From assembly GCF_964204645.1 (NCBI RefSeq), contig NC_134031.1, positions 18,979,910 through 19,043,909 on the forward strand: a stretch of 64,000 nucleotides of DNA. The letters run 5' to 3'. The stretch comes from Tubulanus polymorphus. Its lineage: Eukaryota; Animalia; Nemertea. The position numbers were made by a program, and so were the translations under genes. A model generated the notes under the pieces. It had not been told where the DNA came from and searched no databases. It saw nothing but the letters and a program-made list of their open reading frames with translations. Of this stretch, positions 29,453 through 43,800 are shown piece after piece (the stretch's first letter is position 1; each line of letters opens with the position of its first letter).

Positions 29453-30629
29453 TATTTATCTCTCTTAACCTGAATATCGAAGATTTATCACAATTCAACG
29501 TTTTTCAACCACGTAGACAGTTACAGAAAGTTCACTAAATGGATGAGCGGTGTCGCCACGAGACGGTCATCTTATCACTTATCGCGTTTGATACTGAATT
29601 GAAGTGGCCCCTGAAACGGTCAACTGGATCTTATCGAATTCCATATGGAAGTAAAACGTAATTCGTAATGTCGTTTCAGGGCTTCCATAGTTTACTCCAG
29701 TAACAAAATTAAAGAAAAATTTTTTTTTCAGATTATAATGAATGGTATTGGCACTAAAGAAGTTTTTGGCAGAATTTCAGAGGATCGGTCAGTGCAATGT
29801 TTCCGCTCTCTATTGACAGACCGGGCCTGTAGGCCTACTGTTTTTAAAATCGTGATCAATTTTACAATAACCTAATAAAAGTCCCGGCAGGAACTGATTA
29901 CAAATTTTATTATATTTAACAAAAATGACCCAGCCGCTGCGAAGAAACAAAGTATCATTTTTGTTTAGCCTTGAACTAGGAATTATTTATGTCACCACTT
30001 CGGGGAAGCTATGCATTGAAGATATGCGTGAGAAATAAAGCTAGAGGTTTTCATCAATAAATGTTAACGTTTTTATCCTTCGATTTCAATAAATTATTCT
30101 AAAATTTAAGAAATAAACAGGCGGTGGCTAAATTAGGAGGGGACGCTGTTGGGAATCAAGTAATTTATTTTTATGGCCTCATTAAAGTTCCACGATTGTT
30201 CAGCTGGCTACTGGCGCGTGTTCAAAACGGCAGTTGAACCTTCGATAACTCCATTCAACAATAACGAGACACAATTGCGGTTTTTCAGAGTTGGTTGATA
30301 TCATTCACACGCGCTATTGATCACAATTGGAAACGTCACCGGCTGACCACAGTGCGTAAGCATAGGCGAGCTCATTCACCTCCGCTCTCTCACACTGTGC
30401 AGACATGCTTCCGTGGATTCTCCTGGCGATCATGATCCTGGCGATCTTCGCTGCGCTCCTGTTCCTGCTTCCTGAGGAACGACGTCTTTATGTCTTATGT
30501 GTTACTGTTCGTCTCTGTGCTGTCCTGTACTGTTCCGTGTTAATTAATCCGTTCTATTTTTCAGGAATTAACCCGTTCTTTTTTTCAGGGCCGATTTCTC
30601 TGTCGAATTTCAACGTTTGCTGGAACAAA

Positions 30630-30860
30630 ACTAATGTCCGAAAGCGTCAGCTCTCCTTCGCCGGTCATGTGTCGAGGATGTCAGACAAAAAGTCGGTCAG
30701 GAAATGGCTGCCCTCTACACACCCTCATACGGAACACGAAAACCAGGATGACGAGGCTTCACTCTCCCCAAGTATCAACAGAGTGTGCTGGGTGACGTCA
30801 ATGACGGGCAAGTCAGTCGAATTGCACGGGTTAAAAATGGAGTGGTTAAGCTGGACTGTC
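30630..30860 (+). mobile_element. Degraded non-LTR retrotransposon (RTE-like) 3' ORF fragment
   Basis: RKRQLSFAGHVSRM resembles the R.L.F/WAGHV.R motif of RTE-clade ORF C-termini; the following sequence appears frameshifted. Confidence 0.45.
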
Positions 30861-32780
30861 TACTAGTATTCATTGATTCCTTTTCAGGGATTGCTTCGGA
30901 CAAAGATTTAGTCTTGTCTTCCTTTGCGTTCTAGCATTCATTGATTCCTTTTAATATGTAATCCTACTAAAATGGACTCACTTAAATCATCCTCCATTTT
31001 TGATCAATTTTTATACCAGTGGTCTCACGATGATCCAACGAGCATAGGACAAACAATTCCCCACATAAAGAGGACAAAAGGCAGGGCCAAGAAATTTCCA
31101 TGATGAGAACAAAAGATTGTCCAAGAGAACTCAATGTACGGGGTGCCTCATGTAAAACCTCGTACTAATTGTCTCACAAAGATCCAGCCAAATCACATAA
31201 TCATTCGATCATTTCATAGCCCCACACAAAGTATCACTAAGGCTTGTAGTTCTATATACATTTTCATTTATTAGAACTTTTTTAAGAAAAGATATTATAC
31301 ATTTACAAATACATAATAGTGAGTCTCTATTTACAAACAGCATATTCTCCTTAGTGCACATAGCAATCCAGGCTTCAAGTAAAGAGGGTCTGGTTTGGTT
31401 TCCCTATACACAGCATTAGGTTGCTTTTAAAATGGCCCCCAAGGATGATGATTTATCCAGAGATAACTTCAATCGCCGCTGAATCATGAACGGACTTTCT
31501 GGTACATTTAAACTGACATCGAATAGAATATACAAGTTCTCGTTATCTTACCATAGGCGGATTAAAATTAAAACAAAACATTAATAAACTAAAACTGTTT
31601 TTTTTATACATACATGTAGGTAGATTAGAAGCAGCGAACAATTACTGCCGTACTCCAAATCTTTAAAACAAAATTATTTTCTTTATGTCCACCACAAAAG
31701 TCTGGACCTTTCAAACTTTCTCCATTTCCCTCCCACTCAAAAAAATTATCATATTTCACATCTAACACAATATTTACCCGAAGTAAGAGGGACAGATCTA
31801 GAAATATTGAAGACATTTTTACATAGGTTCAAAAGGAAAGGAAATGCTAGAAATTTGTGTAGAAGTACATCCAAAAACATACAATTTCTGGAAGGATGAT
31901 TTGCTAGTTTCAATTATCTGTATCTAGACATAAAGAGCAATTGATTGGAAGGCTCGGTCCACAGAAAGCCCTATCTAGATCCACCCCTCGATGAATTATC
32001 GAAAGAAAAATCAAACATTTTTAAATGCATTGAACACATGGAATAATCAAGATCAGGTACGATATTGAGAAGCACTAAAATTTCAGAAAAAGACATATTA
32101 AATTTGACAACCTTTAAAATACAACAAACTCATATGTGCAAAATGCGATCATAATTCATATTATCAAATTGATTCAGCATCATTTTGTCGTTTTGTTTAC
32201 AAAATATATGTTATATTATATGTATTATGACAAAATACCTGAATTGGAAAAAACTTTACCGCTCCAGCTTTCAGTTATTCAGAGAATGAGCCCAATTTCA
32301 TAGATCACGGAAACTAAATCATATCAAATCTAGCTCTAATACAAAGAATGAACAGAATCCAATCATGTTCTTTATGATCGACTTTATCCGGTCCATCAGT
32401 GGTCTTATAACGGCCAATGACAATCATCTCATTTTCAACGTTTTCAATAAAGATACTTGCGAATTGTGGACCCCTGAAGGTATTTGATATAATGAATAAT
32501 TACATTCGCCAGGCTGCGTGAATTACACAAAAACGCGTCTAACTCAACTGTATCAATTCGATTTCTTCATTAAGGTTCTTACAAGGGAGTCCAAAAATTC
32601 CCGATTACATAAGATATTCTCATTGGAGGCTGTTACTGCCTTGTGCCACTCATCCGACCAGCATGAATAAACAAGAAATCAAAAGTTAAAATTCCCCACC
32701 TTTGTGCAGACATAATTCACTGATCTATAAGAACCCTGATTAATTCAGTTGAGTGAAATGCGTTCCGTGAAACTACAGGA

Positions 32781-35700
32781 TCAAGCGTCACCATTTCGAT
32801 CCCTGCTACGTTCCTTGCTCCGATCTCGACTACGTTCCTGGCTATGTTCCTTGCTCCGATCGTGACTGCGTTCCTTGCTATGTTCCTTGCTACGTTCCTG
32901 GCTCCGTTCCCTGCGACTGCTCTTATGATGTTTATGTTTATGATGTTCTCGATGTTGTCTCTGTTTTTCTCGGTGAAGCATGTCCTCGAACGACGCGCTG
33001 CTCTTTTTATCCTCGTGTCGATAATCTCGACTGCGACCCTTCGACTCGCGATGACGATCCCGACTACTTGAACGATGATGACGACGATGATGTTTGGACG
33101 ATGAATGCGTATCGCCGTGGTGACGATCACTACGGTTACGATGGTGATGTCGATCGTCGCGTGACCTCGATCGATGGCGTTCGCGACTGGAATCACGGGT
33201 TTTACGCCGATGTTCGTCTTTCTCACGACTCGAGCGATGGTGACTGTGCTGATGGGCATCTTTTGATTCTCTATCTTTTGAACCTCTGAAAATTTACAAA
33301 TTCAAAAATGTAATTAGATTCTAGTTATGAATGATGTACAATATTCATCTAAGAGTAAATGATTTTTCAAACTTTCTAGGGGCCGGTTGCACAGTCGGGG
33401 CTTAGACTTAAGACCAGTCTAAGACCAACTTAGTTCTATAGCCAATCTAACAATTTAAGACCAGTCTTAAGATTTAAGACCACTTTTAGACTTAAGTCAT
33501 GACTGTGCAACTGCCCCCTGGAAACATTAAAAAATCTCCATTGGAGCCTTTCATAAGGAGAAATCCTATAGCCTTGAAAGGGGTGTATGCACTTTGAGTC
33601 GCCCAACTTTTGAAATTCTAGGGAATTATTACTACTAGGGAAAATCAAGGGACAGTTAACTTTTTCCAGAGGAACTCATGTATCTTTGATAATAGGGATT
33701 TCTGGTTGAAGCAGAAACCAATTGCATCATCTATAACAAAAGTAATTCTAACTCACCGCGACTGTTGTTGTTGTTGTTGTTGTTGTTTATTCTGGTCGTG
33801 CTCCTCGAACTGATTCATTATTTCTGTTTCCGGTGCCTGATTTTCTTCCGTCTGCTCATGTTCGTCGAACTGTTCACCGCTTTCCAGCATCATCTGCTCC
33901 TGTCGCTCTCTGAGACGTTGTTCGATCTGTTTCTGAATCGGCACGGGTATCCGCGGAAACAACGTCGAATACCATTCGAGTTTGACGAGCCACTGGCGTA
34001 ACATATCGCCGATCGTTAAACAGCAACCGCCGCCGGCTTTCACGTCGATCTCCTGAAATGAGCCAAGTAAAAAACGGTCGACACCGCGGTGAGATATAAC
34101 TCGTAAACCAGTTAAACAGCACGACATCGCCCCCACAAGTTCCTACTCATATAATCAGACATAAACTATTGAAAATCAGGGGTCAGTTTAGCGGGGTGGG
34201 ATTTAAGACCAGTTTTTACAGGGTTCACTCAATAATTCAAGGATTGTCTCCAACCCTTGACCATAAAATACTATGATTGAATTATGAGATATCCTTAGTT
34301 GGGGCCGTTTCTTATTCAGAGGTCCTTTTTGACACTTCTCACCTAAGAGAACGAAGATGGAATTATCTAAGAACCCTGTATAAATACTGGAGGTTGAACT
34401 TGCCCATCTTGGTTCTATAGTTGATCTAACGATCTAAAAACCACATTTGGATTTAATACTGAGCAACTGGGCCTCAAACAGAAGAGACCATAGAGGAGTT
34501 TCACTAGCATACTTTTCTTATATCGACAAATCTTTTCCAATGAGAATATAAATTTTTCCGGTTCTGGCACGGAAATTTCACCCACAATTGGGAAAAGAAT
34601 TCTTACAGATCAAGATATAAATTACAGCAAGGAGTTTTAACCTAAAGATCTAAGGGTCTAATCTAGTGCGAGGACAGGGCTTAAGATTTCCACCTAGAGA
34701 CGACGAAACAACGTTCGTTTTTCCATCGCGCACAAATCTAAATTAAAATTTGCATTTTGTTTTTAGACTTACTGCACTCCTCCAAGCAGGAACTTGTGGG
34801 GCAGAATGAATTGTAACAGTATGTGTGCTGTGAGCACGGCACGGTGAGTGTGTCTATTCTGTCAGCTAGTTTTTATTTTTTAAACAGTTGACACCTGAAA
34901 ACATAAACGCACATTTTCACAACCATCTAAGATAAAGGAAATGAAATATCATCAAATCGGAATAACGAACTCTCACACGGTTGCCATCTATTTTTGATTG
35001 GCTTTTTACTGACAAAGTTGTAATTCCTTGACTGAGTAAGAATCCAATCCATTTTATGTCGAGTCAAATACATAACAGAATTTGTTTGACTACATTAAGC
35101 ATGATCTCAACTAATATCCTGGTTTGTTATATATTCCCTGACTAATTTGTAAGATAAGAAAATTCCCTGATTTCTTGGTAAATGGCCACCATGTCTCAAG
35201 AAGGGGGTAAAAGGCAGCACCAAAATACAAACTTTTTTATGCAGACCTGGAATAAAATGGATTTCAGAGAAAATTCTTAAAAAAAAACTTTAAATTGTAA
35301 CATTTTTGAAAATCCAAATGAAGTCGGACAACAATTATAAATGTTTGAATGTACTTATCTTTGTTTGAGACGTACCTCGGGATCATCTAAATAATATTCA
35401 TACCAATCGAACAGTTCGCCAGGCGGCTGGGTGTACCTAAAACGAACCAGGAGGTGAGTTTCACTTCGCATGAAATAGATATTTCATGTAGAACGTAAAG
35501 AATTGAATTACCTGATATACATGAATCCGAGGCCGCGAATATACGGCGAATCGGAGTGATTCACTAAACCCATCACTTGTTTACGAGTCAATTTCAACGT
35601 GAATAATTTATACAGTAAACAAAACGCACTGGATACAATACCACCGGCTCCGACACCTCTCACCTGAAAACAATAACAGAAAATATCTCACAGCTTCTTG

Positions 35701-36646
35701 TAGCAACAGTTATGCCGCAGGGTTTTTCTTAACCCTTTCAGTGTGTCTACACTGTGTCTGCAGTGCCGTGTATTGATGCAATTCGTTTTTATCTTTATTG
35801 AAAGATTGCAGCACTTGTCAAACATAGTGAAATATCAGTAACTAACGCACTCTAGCGGTATTCCTGTTATTCAACACACTAAGGTGGAATTTTTCAAAAT
35901 TTTTAAATTATTTCCCGACTATAGGGTATTAATTAGTCAGCACAGAAAGGGTTAATAGTTGTTTATTTTCACTGTGGGCTTACATGCCCATTCTGTAAAT
36001 AAGTGACTCAGGAAATTCAATAGCACTGGACAGGAATAATATGTTTACTATTTATCAAGGATGAATTTGGTTTTAGTTGTGATTCTGTTGTGCAGAGAAT
36101 CCCCTGAATTCCTTGAGTAAAAACCAAGGTTTGACCAAAAATTCCCAGATTGAGATATCCTCAATGGGTCAATGAAGGAGTTTCTTCTTGAAATGTTCCT
36201 TGACCTTGTGTCGCTTGGGCCCGGTGACCAGAAATTGCATTAAAAGACGACTTTTTCCCCTAATCTTAGAATTGATCGATTTCACACAATTGTCTCTTAC
36301 CCCTCCACACATGCCGGTCTGACCCGCCGTTTTGCGACTGCCTTTTTCCCACGGTTCCAAATGGCCGACCTGTAGAACGGAAAAACCAGACAAATTTAAT
36401 CAATCAAACTATAAGAAGTATTCTAACGACGAGTTGCAGCTAGAATATTATAATTATCTCTGCTGACTGTTATTACCTGCTGGCACGTACCTTGTTGTAG
36501 ATTTCATCGATCACCTCGTGGTATGTTTTTAATTCGTACAGGTTGTTTTTGAAATACGGCGATGATTGGATGTTCGTCAGAATCATTGAATTTAGATTCA
36601 TCGTTTTCTGATTACCGTGAATCGTTAACGAGTTACTCGGCGCCAT
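32781..36646 (-). CDS. PRPF38B: Pre-mRNA-splicing factor 38B
   Basis: Exons 36491-36646, 36301-36369, 35512-35663, 35376-35436, 33757-34052 and 32781-33285. Motifs TMNLNSMILTNIQSSPYFK, HLEPWEKGSRKTAGQTGMCGGVRGVGAGGIVS, DVKAGGGC, LEWYSTLFPRIPVP and an RS/RE-rich C-terminus. A non-coding 5' exon ends at about 36977. Confidence 0.95.
33380..33519. mobile_element. MITE (GGTTGCACAGTC TIR, TTAAGACC internal repeats)
   Basis: GGGGCCGGTTGCACAGTC ... GACTGTGCAACTGCCCC. Closely similar copies at ~52693-52869 and ~56662-56799. Confidence 0.75.
34773..34894 (-). other. Candidate poison (PTC-containing) cassette exon in the long PRPF38B intron
   Basis: Minus-strand acceptor gtttatgttttcag|GTGTC and donor GCA|gtaagt define a 122-nt exon. 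In the incoming phase 0 it reads GTG TCA ACT GTT TAA. Confidence 0.55.
35729..35955. mobile_element. piggyBac-like MITE, second copy
   Basis: Same TTAA-CCCTTTC termini and internal similarity to 27035-27329. Confidence 0.8.
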
Positions 36647-37604
36647 ATTTACTCGAATAGCTGAAAACAAAACGCGAAACCAAGCTGAAAAAAGTGTCAG
36701 GCCAGGGGGCGAGATGAGAGTGGAATTTTCACAAGCTTGACAAGGAAGGCTACAATTCGCTTCTTTAATTTTTCGTAACAAAATCCATGGATTTTAAAAT
36801 ATTTTCCCCCTATTTGCAGAAATGTTAAATTTGAGAATTTTGCTCATTTTCACCCGTCATGTCTAACCTGGATTGGAAGGAAGTGGTGTGATGATGGACG
36901 TAATCGGCACAGACTACACGATACATTTCCACAACGCTTTAAAATCATTGGAATAGAGTTGAAAACTGACAACTCACCTGATTCTGCTCGACTCGTTAGA
37001 TACTCGGGTCACCTTTCTTTACTCTTAAACTCGGTGTTACGTCGATTAAAAAACGTTTTCCTATCGTGAATAAAGAATGCGCTACACAAACAACGCTCGA
37101 TAATCGTCCCCGTCGTCAGGTGGCAGCACCGGACGGCGATAATAGTGGGTAGCTCCGAGAATATCCAAATCTGGGCATCCATACCGAATTCAAATTTACT
37201 TTATTGTTCAGTATTGTGGAATAAATACATCATCGATGGATAGACAGTTCAAGAAAGTACACAGGACAAACGAAAGACAAAAAATATTGATTTTAAACAG
37301 CAGTTTAGAAGAGATATACTGCATACTTCACCAATGCTCTCATATCAGGCAACCAAACTTCCAGAGAATTTTTGTGTTCGAGGGGCAATTTTGTGCCTGA
37401 AAACTCCTTATTGATTTTTGTAACAAGCACTTATTTCGTTGGTGGTTAATAGTGTTTTAGCGATTTGATTCAATAATTCGCTGGCACAATTTATTATGGC
37501 TAAATCAAGTTTCAGACAGTCCTAACAGTTACTTCTTCTGTTTGTCAGTCTGAATTTCAATCCATACATTGACAAATTTGGCTGGAACAAGCATTGCTAT
37601 GTGA

Positions 37605-37760
37605 AATAGCTTGATGATTGACAAGATGCTCGGCTCAAAACCCAAGAGATTGTGGGTTCGAACTCCAGTGAACCCACATTATGTCAGGACTAGTCAGTGT
37701 TACCCGAATCCTAATAACAAAAGACATATTGAGGGTGCTGGAGTGTAAGTGGAAATGGAA
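37605..37760 (+). mobile_element. tRNA-derived SINE-like relic
   Basis: B-box GGTTCGAACTCC at ~37655 after a decayed tRNA-like head; no complete cloverleaf. Confidence 0.4.
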
Positions 37761-37887
37761 ATCTCATAAGCATTAAACGAAACACAAAATTCACTTCAGA
37801 ATTTATGATTTAAACTTTATTATTAACAGTTTACTAAATGCTTTCGATTGCTAAGAATTTACAAGTTACACAGACACAGACAGGCGG

Positions 37888-40800
37888 TTAAAGATCAACT
37901 ATTTCCATGAATTCGATTGACTGCTCCTCATTCTCAACCTCATCTTCAGCCTCGACTGGTTCAGTGTAACGGATCGTGGTTGAAGTTCTGCAGCGCGTGC
38001 TTCGTCTCGACGGGGGTGGAGGAACTGCACGGGATTTCCTCGGTCTCCCCCTACGAGGCTTCTTCACTCCATCAACTTCGTCGTCGACTACAGATGAAAT
38101 AATAATTAAAATGTAGGGTCGTGACGTTTTTCTCCCCCCATTTACAAATTCCAAGTTAAAATATGAAATTCCGCGAGTGAATCCTGGGCAGGTCAGACCC
38201 TGTTTATCTATCATTGAAACTTACTTTTGTCACTCGGTATTGGTTTCTTCGGTTTTGGTTGCACTTTTTTCGCCCCTTTACGTTTCCTGAAAATAACAAA
38301 CATCGATTGTAATTTATTTTCTACTGATTGCAATAAAAAATCGAATCACCATGTCACTCACTTGGCAGGAGGTGGCGCTGCATTCGAACTTTCTGATGTG
38401 GAGGGAACAGGTTCTTCCGGTTGGGCCTGAAAAATAACTGACTCATAAACCCCAACGACATATTTTGGTGTGTGCGCTTATAAATTTTGTCGGACAGTGT
38501 ACCTCAGAAGGATGTGATGGCTGTTCCGGTAAAATAACCGTAGATAGAAATCCAGGCCAAAGAAACAGCGACAGAAATCGTTTGCGCAGCAACTGATATT
38601 CGTCCGTCTGCCGGATGAAAAACATTTGATCCCATTCTTCACGGTGCGCGAGCAGTGGATCTGGATCATCTGTGAAATATAACAGAATTTCAGATTCTGG
38701 GTGGAAAGATGCTCCTTGGCTATGATATAAAGTAGGGTGGCCGCTTCCACATTTACAAATGAACCTTCTTATGTGTTATAAACCTTCCACGTTAGGCTAT
38801 ATCACACAATTCCCAGAGTGAATCTGCGGCAGGTGAATAAAGAAATTAATTCGTTCTATGAATCAGGTATTGATAAAGAATGCGTGGTCAATAGCAAATC
38901 CAAATTTCCTGAGTTTTCCCACATTATTTCTTGATTTTTCTGTTCTTCGAATTTTCCAGGTCAATAACCAATAATAACCAATATCTATCTGTAACTTACC
39001 GTCATCAGTATCACTCTTATTTGACTTGGAGTCAGTTTCTGGTAACAGGGATCGGTTGCCTTCATTGATATCATTGAGAAGTGCTGCTTTAAAACAACTT
39101 CCGACAGGCGTTGTAACATTATTCAAACAGTTTCCACCTGAAATTCATCATTACAAACCCTGATCAATAATCGATATTATCTTATTTTTATTATCATCAT
39201 TATTATCATCATCGTTATTATCAATATTAACTTTAAAAGATCTGGATTTTTGGGTTATTTACCCGAACTAGTTGAAGCCTGAGCATCATGTGAAGAGGTC
39301 GATGCTTGATTAGTTGAAGTGACTGCAGCCCCCACTGGATTTGATTGAGTTTTTTCTGAATTTGCTGAAGTCATTGCAGCCCCTGCTGAGTTTGCCGAAG
39401 ATGTTGGAGTCCCTGCTGAATTTGCTGAAGATGCTGGAGTCCCTGCTGAATTTGCTGAAGATGCTGGAGTCCCTGCTGAATTTGCTGAAGCTATTAGAGT
39501 CCCTGCTGAGTTTGCTGAAGATGTTGGAATCCCTGCCGAATTTGCTGAAGCTGTTGCAGTCCCTGCTGAGTTTGCCAAGGACGTGGGAGTCCCTTTTGGT
39601 TTTGTTGGATTTTCTACAGCATTTGAAGTCGTTGCAGTCTCTGCTGAGTTTGCTGAAGTCGTCACAGTCCCCACTGAGTTTGCTGAAGATATTGGAGTCC
39701 CTGCTGAGTTTGCTGAATTCATTGGAGTCCCTGTTGGATTTGCTGAAGTCCCTGCTGAGTTTGTCAGAGCAGTGGCAGTTGCTGTTTTGACTTTTGAAAC
39801 TTGTTTAGTTTCATTTATCAGAGACACTTCCTCAACTGGAGTAGGATTGCGCGATGCTTTGCCCGTAGCAGTCTCACTGCTATTACCAGCGGATAAACTA
39901 GAACTAGCATCGAGTTTAGTAATTCTGAGACCATTAATTTCGGACGACTGTGAAGAAGTGAACGTTTTCACTGCTGAACCGCTTACACCAGACGACCCCA
40001 ACATTGACTTGATAGTCGGGTATCTGCCCTCGCTTGCTGGAGGTACAAAATGCGCTTTGAGTTTAACGTTCGGTTGCGTAATATCGATACCGACGCATTT
40101 TGACAGTTGTTTGATTAAATCCATCGACTTCGTGCCGTAGATTTTCATGCCTTTTTTCCCGTCACACGACGCTAATCGAGTGAGAATGTTGTGAAGATCA
40201 GGAATTTGAGGCAGTGATTGTAGTTCTATAGTTTGTGAATTGGTGGCGCTGATCTTCTCGCATTCGTTCTGATGGCTCATTTTCTGATTCTGGATGCGTC
40301 TTCGTTCTATCAGTTCTTTCACAGTTGGACAAACGCTTTTCTCTTTTCTCTTTTTCCGTTTCACCCTCTATAAAGAAAATTCATCCTATATTTATATATC
40401 CTATAACAACAGCAAAGTTGTCCCTACATCTTTTCAATTTCAACGCTTAAGATCCTTTTCCTTTTCGGTGAATTTTGATTCTTTTAGATTGTAATCAAAT
40501 GTCAGTTTCGTCAGATCTTGCAGTTCTGGGAAGTTATGGTGATTACGGGTTTTGCAAGTTTTGGTTCTGACAAGATAACAAACTTTCTGCCAATTTACGA
40601 ATCTCCTGAGTTTTCCCCAGATTGTTCATGTTATAACACTAAATTCCCTGAGTAAATCCAAGGATTTTCTTGATTTAAAATGTTAAACATTTTATTCATT
40701 CTCATGAATCATGTAAAACATGTGGTCAATAACATAAAGTATCCAAATTCCCATAGTTTTCCAGGTTTTTTTTGTAAAAGTTTGTCAAACTCTGTGAGTT

Positions 40801-43800
40801 TTCCGTGGTTTTTCTAGTTTTTCAGATTCCAGATCAGTGGCCACCATGTTACTGTTTTAGTTGTTTGGGTACTTACAGGTTCTGGAAGCCCCAGTCGTTT
40901 GCGAGCAGCACTCTTACAATACGCGTCGAGCATTTTGACGTCGAGTTGTAATTTACGACGCTCCAGTAATAAACATCTAAATGCGACGAGGGTCATTACG
41001 TTCGGCGGAATAGGAGGTATATCATCAGAACTATCAGCAGCATCCAGCTCGCCTTAAAATACAACATTTCATATTATTTCAATTATTACTTATCCTACTT
41101 ATGCTGAAAAGAAGAAATATCATATTTTACACTTCCAGAAAGGGGTCATTCATCTTTCACGTACACATAAGGGGAGGGGGGAAGGGATCAGTGCAATTGT
41201 GTACTGTAATGCTCAATGTATACAAAAAAATGGCAGATTTTGCGTACAGAGGGGGAGGGGGGTTAAAACATTCAAATTTTATGCGTACGTAATTAATGAA
41301 TGATCCCAAAGCCAGGAAATAACTTCATGTAATTCTTCAGTCAAATTGACCTGAGATCTTAGGAACTGGTTCCAGTTCGTTATCGATCTAATTTTGTAAC
41401 AAAATAATATTTTCAAATTCAAATTTCTTTTTTACCCAATTCCTCTGAATCAGCATATTTCCACCAATCAATGCACAGGTCAGACGAATCTGTTAATATC
41501 GGTGGTGAATAGTCTTCCGCACATTCTTTAGTTCGCATTAACTGAAAAGAGACATTTGAATGAACTCAACAAACTGCGAAATTCAAAAAGATTGACATAA
41601 CGCGTTCTTTTTCAATGAATACCTTGAACAGTATTTGACCTAACATTGGTTCGATTTCCTTTAGGTCGCTTTCACTGAGACTTTGATCTGCAAAACACAA
41701 AAATTTGAGGTCGAATGATTTCGAACATAAAACATACTTTATTGCGCCTTTATAAAAACATATCGGTATATTGTACAACAAAAAATAGAACATAAACATT
41801 ATCAAATCAAGGATGAAATACAATATGTAAGATTTCAGGGTTGACCGAACAATTTGATGAGAAGAAGGAAGTAATGAGATTAAATAGGTTATTTATCTAA
41901 GGATAATAGATACAAATGTAGAAAGGATGCCCGTATTGAAACAAGCTTTAGAAGGAACTATTGCTTTTTATTTAATATTACATGAGTGTAAGATAAACTA
42001 GTGAAGATTCGAAAAGTGGGTGTTAGTCTTGGAGAACTATTTTGATGAGTGATGTTCACTCTATCCCCGCCCTGATACCGAGTGGTCTTACCGATGTATT
42101 TTCTCTTGCGGCCGCGTCGTGCAACGGCCATTATTGCCCCCAGATAACTCGCCATTGATTCGTCGATTTCGCTGTCGGTTTTGAATTTCTGATTGCTCTG
42201 CAGTTTCTGCAGGTTCGTGTAGTGATACAGCAGTTCTTGTAATTTGGGGAAATAGCTTCTACGCAAGATGCTCAACAGAAGATTCTTGTCCGCCTAAATT
42301 AATCAAATAGTATAAACATATTATCATACAAGCAAAAATAAAAAGTACCAGTTAGTTCAATTCCTGGCTATAAGGAGTTTTAAAGGAGAAAATTTCAAAT
42401 TTCGAGGTAGTGTCCACATCACTTTTAATCCTAATTACTACCGGTATCCAGTTTATGAGAAATCTAGATTAAAGCATCTTACTTCAGGTACAGGGATAAG
42501 ATAAAAATCCCGATTAAACTGTCATCCGAATGAGGCGGGTTTCACCCCAGTCTGAGATTGGCCTTCAGTTTCTGCAGTACTTACAATTTGAATGCTCCCG
42601 TCAACGAAGGCAGCCAGTTTCTGGCTGTCTTGTACATTCGTTTGAACTGGTCGAGTCACAAACGACAGTTTTTCTTTTCGGTTTTCGACCGCATTCATTT
42701 TTTCACTCAGATAATTCAGGATTCGTTGTTTTCTCTCCGCGCTGCTCGGTCCGTCTGGTGTCCGGCACGAAAAAAGAATGTATTGTTACCGAGCGTTCTA
42801 ACAGATCCATAATTCCTGATATTCTATCCCTGACCCTTCACTAAAAATTCCCTGATTTTGCTCAGTGGGGGCTGTTTCTTATTTCCCTAACTTTTCCCTG
42901 TTCTCCAACATAAAGAATTCCATTTTTCCATCTAGGGAAAAATACATCATGAATTCCCTGATTTTCCCTGGTTTAAACTCATATTTAAGAACCCTGATAA
43001 CTACGGCGTTGAGCAGATGTGGAATTCGATAAAAAGGGCAACTGTGGCGATTGAGGATATCTTGTTTTCAAATGAAATCTATTCTCACCAGCCTGCGGGG
43101 AGGAATTGGTAGATTTATTGACCAGTAATCTCTCCACGATGTTCTGCGCCACTTTCAACAACCATTCCTGCACCAAAGTTATACCATACCGGAGACTAAA
43201 AATGACGAGTGGCTGTAAAGAGAAATAACAAACAAAATATCTTCAACTTCTTTCCCTGATTCTTACAGATCAGGGAATCTTAAATCCCTCACCCTAGATC
43301 AAAAAATCCCTGATCAAATCTTGAGATATGAGGAGGGGCCATTTATTTTTAAGAGGTTCGCTGAGGTGCTCTCGTCACCAGTAAGAACATGAAACTCTAT
43401 TCTCTGACTTTTCCATGATTTACAAAATGAAGAAACAGAATTCGCTGATTTTCCTCGCAGAAAAAATAATTCTGGAATTCCCTGAATTTTCTGATGTGTT
43501 AGAACGCTGTTACTTACAGGATCGGGGGGTGATTTTTTCTTAGGGACACCTGGTTTGGGGTCTCGTTCAAGCAATTTACTATGTCTCTCGATCAGCTTCT
43601 CTTTGATATACGGAATGCATTGTCCCTGAAATAGAATTCATATTCATTTAATCGCACAAAATAAGAAGCAGAGTATTACAGATGAAAATGAGAATCCAGT
43701 TTCCCAGTTCGAAGGTTGAAACAATTCAGGGGCGGATCTTCAATCAAATTTCAATTTCAAGAAGTCAATCAAATTTTCTGAGTGCCCTTTTTCACTTTGT

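Noticed and set aside
30405-30866. 153-aa ORF with a signal-peptide-like N-terminus
   Set aside because: It looks like low-complexity sequence joined to a retrotransposon fragment, with no recognisable gene structure or domain.
32717-33289. Overlapping alternative-frame and antisense ORFs (180, 75 and 73 aa)
   Set aside because: By-products of the low-complexity RS-domain exon of PRPF38B. The spliced phase selects the RS frame ending at 32781.
37605-37680. Possible tRNA gene
   Set aside because: Only the B box is recognisable. There is no acceptor-stem pairing or proper terminator, so it was treated as a SINE relic.
39341-40140. Plus-strand ORFs of 149 aa and 185 aa
   Set aside because: Antisense shadows of the repetitive SNAPC4 coding exon.
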